A stretch of DNA of 64,000 nt, taken from positions 3,410,001 through 3,474,000 of the forward strand of contig NW_025964057.1 in assembly GCF_023055435.1 (NCBI RefSeq), given 5' to 3'. Of the stretch, positions 48,120 to 61,785 are shown piece after piece; the first letter of the stretch is position 1; each line of letters opens with the position of its first letter. The notes under the pieces were generated by a model. The model saw only the letters and a program-made list of their open reading frames with translations, was not told the origin of the DNA and made no database searches. The position numbers and the translations under genes were made by a program. This stretch comes from Haliotis rufescens. Lineage: Eukaryota.

Positions 48120-48990
48120 AGATAAGTTTCTACCTCAGATTGGTCAGAATTAATTAGGACACACTCACTTACATCATCATAAAATAGAAACGGGTGACAC
48201 CAGGCCCATTAGATTCCCTTCTTGTGGGCAAAACGCATCCATTAGGAAAGCATGTTCCAGCCAGGTGCAAGACATGTTTGAAGCCAATATCATTCAGCCC
48301 AGCAGGTGCAAGACATGTTTGAAGCCAATATCATTCAGCCCAGTTCTTCTGAATGGCACTCTCCCGTTGTCATGGTTAAAAAAACCGTGATATCTCTTCC
48401 CCCTTTGCCGTAGATTATAGACGTCTCAATGCAGTTCCCAAATCAATATGTTTCCCTCTACCAATTTTTAGTGTGCTTGATTGTGCTAGTGGCTTTTGGC
48501 AAATAACTCTCCATCCAGATGCAAGACACAAATCGGCCTAAATTACATCCGATGGCGTTTTGGATGGACCTTTTGGTCTACAAAATGTTCCGCAAACCAT
48601 TTCAGATGCAATAGAAAAATGAATTGACTTAACATACTAATATATGTAGATGACGTAATATTTTCTAAAACGTTTTTGAACATTTGAGGCATCTCAAGGC
48701 AGTATTCCAAAAGATCAAAGAAGCAGGACTCACTCTAAGACCAAGCAACTGTAAATTTGCAACAAAATTCACCTACTTAAAGCACATTTTCAGCAAAGAT
48801 GGCATCCATGTCCATATACTTGAAAAAACAGATTCAGTCACACAGACTCCACCCTCTCAAATGTCCATGGCGTGTGATATTTCTTAGATTTGGTCTCGTA
48901 TTATCACAAATTTGTAGCAAACTTTTCTGGCATCGCCTCCCCTCTTTTCAAACTTCTGAAAAAAAGACGCGTCTTTTAGTCCAACAACTG
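48120..48990 (+). pseudogene. Decayed Ty3/Gypsy reverse transcriptase fragment
   Basis: Frameshifted fragments HKIETGDTRPIR, IIQPSSSEWHSPVVMVKK, VDYRRLN, LDCASGFWQI, PFGL, LIYVDDV and HLRHLKAVFQKIKEAGLTLRPSNCKF; a ~42-bp internal duplication at about 48260-48342. Confidence 0.88.
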
Positions 48991-50137
48991 CATCTCAAAC
49001 TGCAATAGGGAACATTTTAGGCCAACTTGACGCTCATGGTGTAATTGGGAATGATGCTGTTAATTCATTTCGTTTGACCGTACAATATCTTCCTGTTCTG
49101 TTTTTAGGAACAAACAATGTTGATTGGCAACGTTTCTATTACTCGTCAGTTTCCAAGTAAGGGTATATGATGCTTAATGGTCATTTCCCATCACAGTCAA
49201 CAACTGTTTTGGCCTCTTGAAATGGAAGATTTGAAATGATATTAATAAAAAAGGGTTACGGACATACTGTCTCTCTGTCAAAGATGATGGCTTTGCCCAC
49301 GAAATATTCAGAATTGATGAGGATGGCCATATTGTGGTCGAGACTACATATTGAGGCTGAGTTTTCAAGCAGATGGAGGCTGAGGTTTTTATTTACACAA
49401 AAATTATTAGAGCTTGACGAAAAGCTTGACGTTCAGCAGCAAATACTGAGAGATGGTCATTTAGCCTGAACACACTTAGGACCGGCAAATCAGAAACTCA
49501 ATATTCTCCTGCAGTACACCGTGTCCCATGGTACGAAAGTGTTCCAAAGAGTAACCTCCCTTATAACATACTCCCTCGTGTTGTGATCTCGTCACACCTT
49601 ATTTTACATGCGCTTCAACGGTTTTTTTGTGTTTTTTTTGTTTGTTGTTTAACGCCGCACTCAACAATATTCCAGCTATATGACGACCAGCATGGGTTGA
49701 TGAAGACCTATTCTACCCCGGAGTTTCACGGGTGTCGTGTATGCAGTAGGTGGAGAGTCTCCTGTTGGCGAGGATCGGGTGGCGGTAAACAACAAACAAA
49801 CAAACAAGCATACACAAGTATCTGTGCATATGGTCATTTAGCCGGAACACACTTGGGGCGAGAAATCAGAAAGCCAGTATGCCCCAGCATTACAAACCCT
49901 GACGAAACCTTTAACACATTGACTTCACTAGTCCATGTACTTGTATCAAACACAACTGTATATATGTGACACTGGTCTACTGCTCTACAGTGACTGTACA
50001 TTGTACTCCAGGCCCGAGGCCTCGAAAGTACAACAATCGAACTTACATCTGTTACATAACTATAATTTAACAACTGTTTCTTCTGTAAAATATGTTCATT
50101 TCAGAGACTCGGTGTTAGCCTCTGTGTCCCAGTTTGT

Positions 50138-51870
50138 CGCTCTCTCTCTCGCTGTCTCTCTTGCTGTCTCTCTAACTCTCTCTCACTCTCTCACTCCCTG
50201 TCTCTCTCCCTGTCTCTCTCACTCTCTCTCTGTGTCTCTCTCACTCCCTGTCTCTCTCACTCTCTCTCCCTGTCTCTCTAACTCTCTCTCACTCTCTCTC
50301 ACTCTCTCTCTCCCTGTCTCTCTCACTCTCTCTCCCAGTCTCTCTCACTCTCTCTCTCCCTGTCTCTCTCACTCTCTCTCCCTGTCTCTCTCACTCTCTC
50401 TCTCTCTGTCTCTCTCACCGTCTCTCTCTCTCTCTCTCCCTGTCTCTCTACTCTCTCTGTGTGTCTCTCACTATCTCTCTCCATGTCTCTCTCACTCTCT
50501 CCCTGTCTCTCTCACTCCCTGTCTCTCTCTCTCACTGTCTCTCTCACTCCCTGTCTCTCTCACTCTCTCCCTGTCTCTCTCACTGTCTCTCACTCTCTCT
50601 CCCTGTCTCTCTCACTCCCTGTCTCTCTCACTCTCTCCCTGTCTCTCTCAATGTCTCTCACTGTCTCTCTCCCTGTCTCTCTCACTCTCTCTCCCTGTCT
50701 CTCTCACTCTCTCTCACTCCCTGTCTCTCTCACTCTCACTCCTTGTCTCTCTCACTCTCTCTCCCTGTCTCTCTCACTCTCTCTGTGTGTCTCTCTCACT
50801 CTCACTCCCTGTCTCTCTCACTCTCTCTCCCTGTCTGTCTCACTCTCTCTCCCAGTCTCTCTCACTCTCTCTCACTCCCTGTCTCTCTCACTCTCACTCC
50901 CTGTCACTCTCTCTCACTCTCTCTCCCTGTCTCTCTCACTCTCTCTCTGTGTCTTTCTCACTCTCTCTCCCTGTCTCTCTCACTGTCACTCCCTGTCTCT
51001 CTCACTCTCTCTCTCTCCCTGTCTCTCTCACTCTCACTCCCTGTCTCTCTCACTCTCTCTCTCTCTCCGTCTCTCTCACTCTCACTCCCTGTCTCTCTCA
51101 CTCTCTCTGTGTGTCTCTCTCACTCTCTCTCCCTGTCTCTCTCACTCTCTCTCCCTGTCTCTCTGACTCTCTCTGTGTGTCTTTCTCACTCTCTCTCTCC
51201 CTGTCTGTCTCACTCTCTCTCCCAGTCTCTCTCACTCTCTCTCACTCCCTGTCTCTCTCACTCTCACTCCCTGTCACTCTCTCTCACTCTCTCTCCCTGT
51301 CTCTCTCACTCTCTCTGTGTGTCTCTCTCACTCTCTCTCCCTGTCTCTCTCACTCTCTCTCCCTGTCTTTCTGACTCTATCTGTGTGTCTTTCTCACTCT
51401 CTCTCCCTGTCTGTCTCACTCTCTCTCCCAGTCTCTCTCACTCTCTCTCACTCCCTGTCTCTCTCACTCTCACTCCCTGTCACTCTCTCTCACTCTCTCT
51501 CCCTGTCTCTCTCACTCTGTCTCTGTGTCTTTCTCACTCTCACTCCCTGTCTCTCTCCCTGTCTCTCTCACTCTCACTCCCTGTCTCTCTCACTCTCTCT
51601 GTGTGTCTCTCTCACTCCCTGTCTCTCTCACTCTCTCTGTGTGTCTCTCTCACTCTCACTCCTTGTCTCTCTCACTTTCTCTCTATCTCCCGGTCTCTCT
51701 CTCCCTGTCTCTCTCACTCCCTATTTGTCGCTCTCTCCCTGTCTCTCTCTCACCCCGTTTGTCTCTCACTCTCTCTCTCTCTCCCTGTATGTCTCACTCT
51801 CTCCATCCCTCTCTCTCTCTCTCTCTCTCTTACTCTCTCAACCTCTCCCCGTGTCTGTCTGTCTGTCTTT
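50138..51870. repeat. Compound CT-rich microsatellite (CTCTCTCA/CCCTGT)
   Basis: 1.7-kb polypyrimidine tract. Confidence 0.97.
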
Positions 51871-52227
51871 ATGACTCTCTTGTTGAGATTGCCCTTGCCC
51901 CATGACACAGCAGGTAGTAAGGTTTGACTGAGTGGAATGTTCAATCATGCGCAGTTGATATGTCGTTGTCTCATATTTTCAGGGACTACATGTGTGTATT
52001 TACATACACCGACCAATCCACAGATTTTTTTGTTTTATTGCTTTGTATTTTCAAGTGATTTATACTGCCCGAGTTCTGAGGCGGGTGTAACGATTTGTAA
52101 TGTACTCATTGGTGCAGATGTACTCGTACGTACCGAAGATAGTGGTACACCTGTTTCGACCTGGCCAAAATATGGATCACTGGATGAATCTGACCTATAA
52201 AGATACAGTCCACGACGGGCGTCAATC

Positions 52228-54347
52228 ACCCGGTTTCATCTTGACATGGACGCAGCTCATCTAGAGTTTAAACCACCCGGTGTCATCTCGACATGGACGC
52301 AGCTCATCTAGAGTTTAAACCAGCCGTGTCATCTCGACATCGACACAGCTCATCTAGAGTTTAAACCAGCCGTGTCATCTCGACATCGACGCAGCTCAGC
52401 TAGAGTTTAAACCACCCGTTGTCATCTTGACATGGACGCAACTTATCTAGAGTTTAAACCACCCGGTGTCATTTCGACATGGACGCAGCTCAGCTAGAGT
52501 TTAAACCATCCGCTGTCATCTCGACATCGACGCAGCTCATCTAGAGTTTAAACCATCTGCTGTCATCTTGACATGGACGCAACTCATCTAGAGTTCAAAC
52601 CATCCGCTGTCATCTCGACATGGACGCAGCTCAACTAGAGTTTAAACCATCCGCTGTCATCTCGACATGGACGCAGCTCATCTAGAGTTCAAACCATCCG
52701 CTGTCATCTCGACATGGACGCAGCTCATCTAGAGTTCAAACCATCCGCTGTCATCTCGACATGGACGCAGCTCAGCTAGAGTTTAAACCACCCGGTGTCA
52801 TCTTGACATGGACGCAGCTCATCTAGAGTTTAAACCACCCGGTGTCATTTCGACATGGACGCAGCTCAGCTAGAGTTTAAACCACCCGTTGTCATCTTGA
52901 CATGGACGCAGCTCATCTAGAGTTTAAACCACCCAGTGTCATTTCGACATGGACGCAGCTCAGCTAGAGTTTAAACCACCCAGTGTCATTTCGACATGGA
53001 CGCAGCTCATCTAGAGTTTAAACCACCCAGTGTCATCTCGACATGGACGCAGCTCAACTAGAGTTTAAACCATCTGCTGTCATCTTGACATGGACGCAGC
53101 TCAGCTAGAGTTTAAACCACCCAGTGTCATCTTGACATGGACGCAGCTCAACTAGAGTTTAAACCATCTGCTGTCATCTCGACATGGACGGAGCTCAGCT
53201 AGAGTTTAAACCATCCGCTGTCATCTCGACATCGACGCAGCTCATCTAGAGTTTAAACCATCTGCTGTCATCTCGACATGGACGCAGCTCATCTAGAGTT
53301 CAAACCATCCGCTGTCATCTCGACATGGACGCAGCTCAACTAGAGTTTAAACCATCCGCTGTCATCTCGACATGGACGCAGCTCATCTAGAGTTCAAACC
53401 ATCCGCTGTCATCTCGATATGGACGCAGCTCATCTAGAGTTTAAACCATCTGCTGTCATCTCGACATTGACGCAGCTCAGCTAGAGTTTAAACCACTCAG
53501 TGTCATCTTGACATGGACGCAGCTCAGCTAGAGTTTAAACCACCCGATGTCATTTCGACATGGACGCAGCTCATCTAGAGTTTAAACTACCCAGTGTCAT
53601 CTGGACATGGACGCAGCTCAGCTAGAGTTTAAACCACCCGGTGTCATCTTGACATGGACGCAGCTCATCTAGAGTTTAAACCACCCAGTGTCATCTCGAC
53701 ATGGACGCAGCTCAACTAGAGTTTAAACCATCTGCTGTCATCTCGACATGGACGCAGCTCAGCTAGAGTTTAAACCACCCAGTGTCATCTCGACATGGAC
53801 GCAGCTCAACTAGAGTTTAAACCATCTGCTGTCATCTCGACATGGACGCAGCTCAGCTAGAGTTTAAACCATCTGCTGTCATCTTGACATGGACACAGCT
53901 CATCTAGAGTTTAAACCACCCAGTGTCATCTCGACATGGACGCAGCTCAGCTAGAGTTTAAACCACCCGGTGTCATCTCGACATGGACGCAGCTCAACTA
54001 GAGTTTAAACCACCCGGTGTCATCTCGACATGGACGCAGCTCAGCTAGAGTTTAAACCACCCGGTGTCATCTCGACATTGACGCAGCTCAACTAGAGTTT
54101 AAACCACCCGGTGTCATCTCGACATGGACGCAGCTCAGCTAGAGTTTAAACCACCCGGTGTCATCTCGACATGGACGCAGCTCAACTAGAGTTTAAACCG
54201 CCCGGTGTCATATCGACATGGACGCAGCTCATCTAGAGTTTAAACCACCCGCTGTCATCTCGACATGGACGCAGCTCAGCTAGAGTTTAAACCATCCGCT
54301 GTCATCTCGACATCGACGCAGCTCAGCTAGAGTTTAAACCACCCAGT
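52228..54347. repeat. 47-bp minisatellite (GTCATCTCGACATGGACGCAGCTCATCTAGAGTTTAAACCACCCGGT)
   Basis: About 45 tandem units. Confidence 0.97.
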
Positions 54348-55828
54348 ACAGTCATGAACAGTTTTAACTGACACTATTCAAGAAGAAAATTATATCCGGG
54401 TTTCATTTTAAAACGTTTCTTTATATTTAGACAGGCTGCGGAATTTTAAAATGACACATTTGTGATGACACAGCGACTTGAGTGATGTCATCCGGCAGTG
54501 ATGCACTTCCCCAATGACAGCATGACGGCGCACCAACGAGACGTACTTTGTAGACACAGTTTGACAACAGATTGCGTGGAATCTAAGTACAGTATCTAAC
54601 TGGTCACTATCTATCAGACGAGGTGTGGAAGTAGTGTAGGTTGGCATTTACCTAGGATGGTTTCATCAACCCCACGTGCACTTGAATCAAGTGAGCCGAT
54701 GTCGCAAGACAACATGTCACATGTCATTGACTATCAGATAACGTTTATCCCAATGGTGTACTTAGTGTTGAGACATAGATGTCGCGTAATGTGACTCGCT
54801 AGGCACCTGCTCGGATCACAGACGCAGGGTTGAGCCCAAGTATAGCTGTATACGCGGGCAAGTCTTATACAGCCTACTCTGCTACCCACACACACCATAT
54901 TTGTAAAGGCACTGGGTCGAGAATTGGAAGGTACATGATACAAATAATATGTACCATGCTATGTATAAACAGGCTAAACACATCTTTCGCCAATGGAAAC
55001 AAAGTCTTATAGATGAAAGATTAAAAGAAATCCACCAAGCAGCGGAAATAGATGTACATGATTTGTTTGTTTGTTTGTTGTTTAACGCCGCACTCAGCAA
55101 CATTACAGCTATATAACGGCGGTCTGTAAATAATCGAGTCTGGACCAGACATTCCAGTGATTAACATCATGAGCATCGATCCGCGCGCAATTGGGATGCG
55201 ATGACATGCATCAAGTTAGTCAGCGAGCCTGAACACCCAATCCCGTTAGTCGCCTCTTACAACAAGCATAGTCGCCTTTTACGTCAAGCATAGTCGCCTT
55301 TTACGGCAAGCATGGGTTTTACGGCAAGCATTGAAATAACTGTTCACTTTTAGTGAGATACTAGCCGTCTTCCAAGGGTTAAACAGTAACGAATCGACAG
55401 GGCCAGATGGTCTCGCTAACGAGCATATCCAGTATGCAAGTAGATCCTTGATAAAGCATATTATGTTATAATTCAATTTATGATCAAATATGAGTTTTGT
55501 TTGTTTGTTTGTTTGTTGTCAGTTACGCCACACAGACGACCGCTGGGTGGAGCCCCGGATTAGCTGTATTTACGCGGACAAGTAACGGTGGTCAGGCTCG
55601 CTGACTTGGTTGATGCATGTCATCGTGTCCCAATTGCGTAGACCGATGCTCATTATGTCAATCACTGGTTCGTCCGGTTCAGACTCGATTATCTGCAGAC
55701 TGCCGTCATAAAGTTGGAATATTTCTTAGTGCGGCGATAAACAACAAACACCAACATGTACATGGTTCATTAGCGGATGTCAATCACATCGCAGGCGAAA
55801 ATTGGCTACCTTGTGGAGATTATTCCAG

Positions 55829-55934
55829 GGTGCGTTGTACAAAGCGATCTTAGCGCTAAGGTGATCGTAACTCCCATACCTTAACGCAGACTCACGACAG
55901 TCGTAGCGCTGAGGTTGTTTTGTACAACGGAATC
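55829..55934. mobile_element. Short Harbinger-like MITE
   Basis: Imperfect TIRs GGTGCGTTGTACAAAGCGATCTTAGCGCTA / TAGCGCTGAGGTTGTTTTGTACAACGGAATC flanked by CAG on both sides. Confidence 0.55.
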
Positions 55935-56518
55935 CAGGTTGGTCCACTCGTGACCAATCGTGTCATTCCGTCGTATAATTACCTCCCTTCTTACATAGTC
56001 GGGCGAGTATGTGTCACCGCGAAATTTAATGAAAGTCTGCCATATTCCTATAACCGTGCGCGGTTCAGGGACAAACGAGGTTGGGGGTTACTCACGTTTT
56101 TTTACCTACCGGTATACACGAAGCATACATCAATGTAAAAACGATACATCACGTCAGTAAAGCATGGGAGGTTAAACGTAGTTGGTATCTCGTTACGGAA
56201 TTGGGTTATCTCATAACAGGGTGGTGAATGACAACAGCGAATGACAATACGTTCATTAAGTAGTAGGGCTTATAACTCGTTCCTGTTTCAACTCGCTCCA
56301 GGCTGGCCGATTTAATCCAATTCGTTTGACCTCACGCGGATTCCATATATTTCGCAACACTATCACCTGTCTCGCCCCTTGTGGAAGATGAAGAGCGCCC
56401 TCTAGTAAAGAAATAACTTAACACCCGAGGGAAATTTGATTATGATTCCCTTCGAGAACAAATACTTGAAAACACGCCCATACTATATACCACAGTGCGT
56501 ACAGGTACATAATTATTG

Positions 56519-56775
56519 GCCCGTCAAGATCCAGGGCAGAATAGGTCTTCAACAACCCATACTTGCAGTAAAAGGCGACTATGCTTGTCGTTAAAGAGGC
56601 GATTAACGGGATCAGGCGGTCAGGCTCGCTGACTTGGTTGATGCATGTCATCGATCCCAATTGCGTGGATCGATGCTCATGTTGTCACTCACTGGATTGT
56701 CTGTTCCAGACTCGATTATTTACAGACCGCCGTCATATAGCTGGAATATTGCTGAGTGCGGCATTAAACAACAAA

Positions 56776-56832
<57 letters not shown>
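56519..56832 (+). mobile_element. SINE family B copy ending in an (ATT)n microsatellite
   Basis: Full-length match followed by about 18 ATT units. Confidence 0.85.
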
Positions 56833-56837
<5 letters not shown>

Positions 56838-57876
56838 GCAGGTATCCAGGTACTAGTATCTGCTCAAATGCGGTTTTATTTGTTCCCAGTCCATTGGAAC
56901 CTTTTGCATTCCAGTTATCATTCTCAACTCCCTGGGGAGTATACAACCCAGGCTGCCAAGGGGCGCTAGAAGGTTTATACATTCACCTCACATATCAGGT
57001 ACCCATTCCCCGATGGGTGACCAGAGGCACATTTGAAGTAAGTAACTTGCCCAGGGTGACAGCACAAGTTCTGACACTTGTGTTTTAGGTGTATGTACGT
57101 ATTCGTGTTTCCACCATCTGGAAGTGCATGCAGTGATTATGCTTAGAATTAATCACAAAATTATTCCGTCGTTATGCGTTACAAAGCAATCGCCAAATAC
57201 ATCAGAAACCAGTCAATGTATGAGAACTTTCATCGCAACACTTGTAGTCGTTACCTCATTTTACACGCAATATTTTTATTTGTTTAAATGCGCACTCAGC
57301 CCCGTCGCAAACATGCGTCACCTCGAGGAATGAATACATTCGTTTTGCAGTGAAATAAATTACGTTTTATGTCATATATTACCAGGGGATTGTGAAGCTA
57401 AAGGAATCGCAGTTTTGTCTAGACTGTCCCCAAGTCTTCCATCATGAAGTCGCGTGAGTCATCCCTGCATACACGATTAGTTGTGGGGACAGTAGTTTCT
57501 CTCAATGTACACACGTGCGTGTTTGTTTCAGCCCTACCCATATCGGTACACTAGAACCTGTCTTCTCTCCGATATAAAGCTGTACATGTAATGTGTGACC
57601 ACGGATATCAGTATCCATCATGATTCAATGACTGTTAGTCAATATAGGACCCCAGAAACACACGAGGGTGTCAGTAGACTAAGCAAACACTGAACTTTAA
57701 GTCTTTGAGGAACTCTGGGAACTGCCACGGACGCAGTGCACTTGTTTGTTTCTGTGCCGCCACACGGCAATAGTCCAAGTTTAGGACGTAGGCCTCTAAA
57801 TAATCAACCTGGACCAGGCGAACCAGTGGTCATTATTGTGAGCAACGCTGTCGGGGTACGATGACACAACATCAAC

Positions 57877-58053
57877 GGGGGGGGGGGGGGGGGGGGGGGG
57901 GGGTTAGCCTAGTGGTTAAAGCGTTCGCTCGTCACGCAGAAGACCCGGGTTGGATTCCCCACATGGGTACAATATGTGAAGCTCATTTCTGATGTACCCC
58001 GCCTGATATTGCTGGTATATTGACGAAAGCGGCGTAAAACCATAGTCACTCAC
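57877..58053 (+). mobile_element. Short tRNA-derived SINE family C
   Basis: A box TAGCCTAGTGGTTAAAGCG, B box GGTT(G/C)GATTCCC, (CACT)n tail. Copies at about 11615-11775(-), 19076-19216(-), 60480-60615(-), with a head at 5925-6015(+). Confidence 0.85.
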
Positions 58054-58140
58054 ACCATCAACCAAGTTATCGAGGCTGACCACCCGAACCCATTCGTCAC
58101 CTCTTACGACCAGCATGGGTTGCTGGGAATCAATTCTAAC

Positions 58141-58293
58141 CACAGGAACTAGATAATACCATGTATAACATAATATATTCGTATAGAAAAAAATCACACC
58201 CCTCTATATATATATACATAGAGACATAGAGGGTGTGATTTTTCTCTGTATACGAAAATATTATGTTATACACGCTATCATCGAGTTCCTGTG
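58141..58293. mobile_element. 153-bp palindromic MITE with 8-bp TSD
   Basis: Ends CACAGGAACT/AGTTCCTGTG, about 65-bp inverted arms; ATTCTAAC duplicated at 58133-58140 and 58294-58301. Confidence 0.8.
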
Positions 58294-58323
58294 ATTCTAA
58301 CCTGTAATCCCCACGGGTCGTGG

Positions 58324-58670
58324 TGAGGTGAGGTGAAATTGGGTTTAACGTCGCGTCCAAGATTATTGCACTTATATAGCGACGTGCATGCACGTGTATG
58401 TGTGTGTGTGGCTGCTTGTACTAGTCCGGACTGATGCCGATTTATAGTGCTAGCTCACTGAGATACCATGCCGCAGTTTAACATGAATACCCCACTCAGA
58501 CACAGTATACTGACTCCGAGCCGACCAGTCCTTGTTTTAGCCCCTTAATGCCGAGCGCCAGACAGGGTAACAACAAGTACAATCTTTTAACGTCTTTTTG
58601 TATGACGCGGCCCGGGATCGAACCCCGGACCTTCCGCTCTCCGGGCGGACGCTCTACCACAAGACCACGG
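58324..58670 (-). mobile_element. SINE family D, second nearly identical copy
   Basis: Reverse complement of 40272-40625 with few differences; CCACGGGTCGTGG duplicated at 58311-58323 and 58665-58677. Confidence 0.88.
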
Positions 58671-59157
58671 GTCGTGGGTGACGTGAGAGTGTAACGTTGG
58701 AATGTTAGCTCCTAACGTCTATACACGGTCCAGTGTATATAACCACTGTGGTACAGGGGGTCGCACCCCCTCCTTTTGAAAACCAAAAGTATGCCATTAA
58801 ACTTATCTGAGAGAGGAGTTTGATATTTTGGACCCCTCCCTTTTTAAAATAATAATATATTTTAAGTAATAACATTTTGATGGCTTTAGTTTATAGTGAT
58901 TGAGGGTTGAGGGCTGACAGTAGGTTGCCACAGATTGACAACTGACCAGCCAAGGGAGGCGTCGGTGGATTGACAACTGTTTTAACCAATGTAAATTCCT
59001 GTAAACTCATGCCACGCCCCGTGGGTGTCAAGCTACCCGTAGCATCTGCATACATGAGATGTATCCCTCGTGGGGTGTGGCGACATGAAGATGTGATTTA
59101 TAAAGGCTGCAGAATTAAATTGAATGACGCTGCAGGCGTCCACATTGTGTTTATGAT

Positions 59158-59390
59158 GGAGCCGCAATTTACTGTGCAGAGTTGTGTCCCTTGGGTATGC
59201 CAGGAACCTATGACCGTGGGTTCGAATCCCGGTTCGCCCCGATTATGTTTCTAGGTTCATCAGCACCATACCCGTGCTCATGGGATTTACGAAGTGGTAA
59301 ACGTCCAAGACCTGCATCAATTTCCACCCACATCAAACGCCGTGATATAACTAGAATACTACTCGAAGTGGCATTAAACATAACTCACTC
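59158..59390 (+). mobile_element. SINE family A copy
   Basis: GGTTCGAATCCCGGTTCGCCCCG and downstream body match 4836-5111. Confidence 0.8.
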
Positions 59391-60615
59391 TGAACCAAGG
59401 CTTTTAAAGCCACGTTTACCTCACGGATTAAGTCGTAAATATACACGACAGTAATTAATGACAGAGGTGCACATGGAACAAAAATGTCCAGACACCAGAA
59501 AATGGCAGAAAATTACATTTACGCCCAAACACAATTACTCATGAATCGATTATTGATAAAACTCCACAAGCTTGCTCATCGTTTAAATATTTAAGAGAAG
59601 AATACTTTGAAAATAAATATTAGCGGTGCACTCGTGCTTCTAGTTTTACATTGATATGTCCATCATGAGATATTTATACGTGTATTTGATGCAACTGAAT
59701 TGCCTGTGGTTGCATTGTCCCAGACGGTGACAACCTACACTCCACCAGCCTGCGACATCTGTACAACGACGTGAATCATTGACAACTAGCTTCAATAATA
59801 TTCTTTGTAATATCCATATTGTCCCATTTGTTCAGGAACTGATTTAGCAATGGCCTGAAGTTTGAAGGCTGTTTTAACAATCTGCTGCACACCTATCAGT
59901 TCCATTGTGTTCTACCATTAACTTCTGTAACATGAGGTTGCTATGTAACCTTTTAATCAATAAGTAATCATATTCTGTCACGTTGTCATAACGACCTGTT
60001 TTATTCGAATATTGTGTACGCTGCGTTTGTAAATCAACCCGTGACGTCACAATGTGCAAACCGTGCAATGAATTCTCGTCAGCGGCCATCCTTTGTATCT
60101 CAAGAGCAAGTATTTCGGTAAACCCACACTAAGTTGTGCGGTGTGGTGTGGTGTGGTAATGCGTGAATGATGAGATCTGATCTAACCAGCTTCAAAGTAA
60201 AAAGCTGCACACTTTTTCCGAGTCAATGGAAGTCACGTTACATAGCGCAAGTTAACCTCAGCTCAGTCAAACAGCTGTTTTCTATCAATTTTGAATTTTG
60301 TTTGAATTCTTTTACAATGTCATATTAAAACATATCGGTAACATAAACGCGTTGTCACTCGGGGTACATGCGCCCCTCGTTAGGTTTTACTCCACTAGCC
60401 TCCGTATAGTATAGTATAGTACAGTACAGTACAGTACAGTACAGTACAGTACAGTACAGTACAGTACAGTATAGTATAGTTTTTACGCCACTTTTAGCAA
60501 TATTCCAGCAATATCACGGCGAGGGACACCAGAAATGGGGTTCACACATTGTACCCATGTCGGGAATCGAACCCGGGTTTTCGGCGTGACGAGCGAAAGC
60601 TTTAACCACTAGGCT

Positions 60616-61171
60616 NNNNNNNNNNNNNNNNNNNNNNNNNNNNNNNNNNNNNNNNNNNNNNNNNNNNNNNNNNNNNNNNNNNNNNNNNNNNNNNNNNNNN
60701 NNNNNNNNNNNNNNNNNNNNNNNNNNNNNNNNNNNNNNNNNNNNNNNNNNNNNNNNNNNNNNNNNNNNNNNNNNNNNNNNNNNNNNNNNNNATAGTATAG
60801 TATAGTNNNNNNNNNNNNNNNNNNNNNNNNNNNNNNNNNNNNNNNNNNNNNNNNNNNNNNNNNNNNNNNNNNNNNNNNNNNNNNNNNNNNNNNNNNNNNN
60901 NNNNNNNNNNNNNNNNNNNNNNNNNNNNNNNNNNNNNNNNNNNNNNNNNNNNNNNNNNNNNNNNNNNNNNNNNNNNNNNNNNNNNNNNNNNNNNNNNNNN
61001 NNNNNNNNNNNNNNNNNNNNNNNNNNNNNNNNNNNNNNNNNNNNNNNNNNNNNNNNNNNNNNNNNNNNNNNNNNNNNNNNNNNNNNNNNNNNNNNNNNNN
61101 NNNNNNNNNNNNNNNNNNNNNNNNNNNNNNNNNNNNNNNNNNNNNNNNNNNNNNNNNNNNNNNNNNNNNNN
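60616..61171. other. Two assembly gaps separated by a short (TATAG)n island
   Basis: Runs of N at 60616-60790 and 60807-61171. Confidence 1.
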
Positions 61172-61314
61172 CCCCTTGCTATGGGTGTAACAGTTCAGGG
61201 CAAAACTTGATCACACTGCACGTGGGTTAGAGCAAGCTTTATCTCCCAGCTAGCTGATATTTCTGACGCATGGGTATATGTTATGACTAAAATACCGATG
61301 ATAATGTGTGGTAT

Positions 61315-61785
61315 ATATGATATAGCTGATATATTGATGGTGACGTGTAGCATATATATATATATATATATATATGGTAACATGATACATGATATAGCGT
61401 ATATATGGATGATAACATGATATAGCGTATATATAGATGATAACATGATACATGATATAGCGTATATATGCATGATACATGATGTAGCGTATATGTAGAT
61501 GATAACATGATACATGATATAGCGTATATATAGATGATAACATGATATAGCGTATATATAGATGATAACATGATATAAAGATGATAACATCAGACCTGAT
61601 GTAGCGTGTATGAAGATGATAACATGGTACATGGTATAGCGCATATATAGATGGTAACATGATACATGATATAGTGGATATATGGATGATAACAAGATAC
61701 ATGATATATATATATATTGATGATTATGATGATAACATGATACAGCGTTTAAATATATAAAGATGATAACATGATACAGCGTTTA
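61315..61785. repeat. AT-rich degenerate minisatellite (GATAACATGATATAGCGTATATATA)
   Basis: Irregular tandem units; a similar complement at about 42220-42310 and 43290-43470. Confidence 0.85.

Noticed and set aside
49935-51927. Ser/Leu-rich ORFs of up to 488 aa
   Set aside because: CT microsatellite artefact.
52228-54347. CRISPR-like appearance of the 47-bp array (and of the 43-bp and 39-bp arrays)
   Set aside because: Units are contiguous with no unique spacers, there are no cas genes, and the context is eukaryotic with introns.
57900-57965. tRNA-like sequences (also at 4840-4950 and 40275-40345)
   Set aside because: They are SINE heads continuing into repeat bodies and tails; no complete acceptor stem or terminator was seen.
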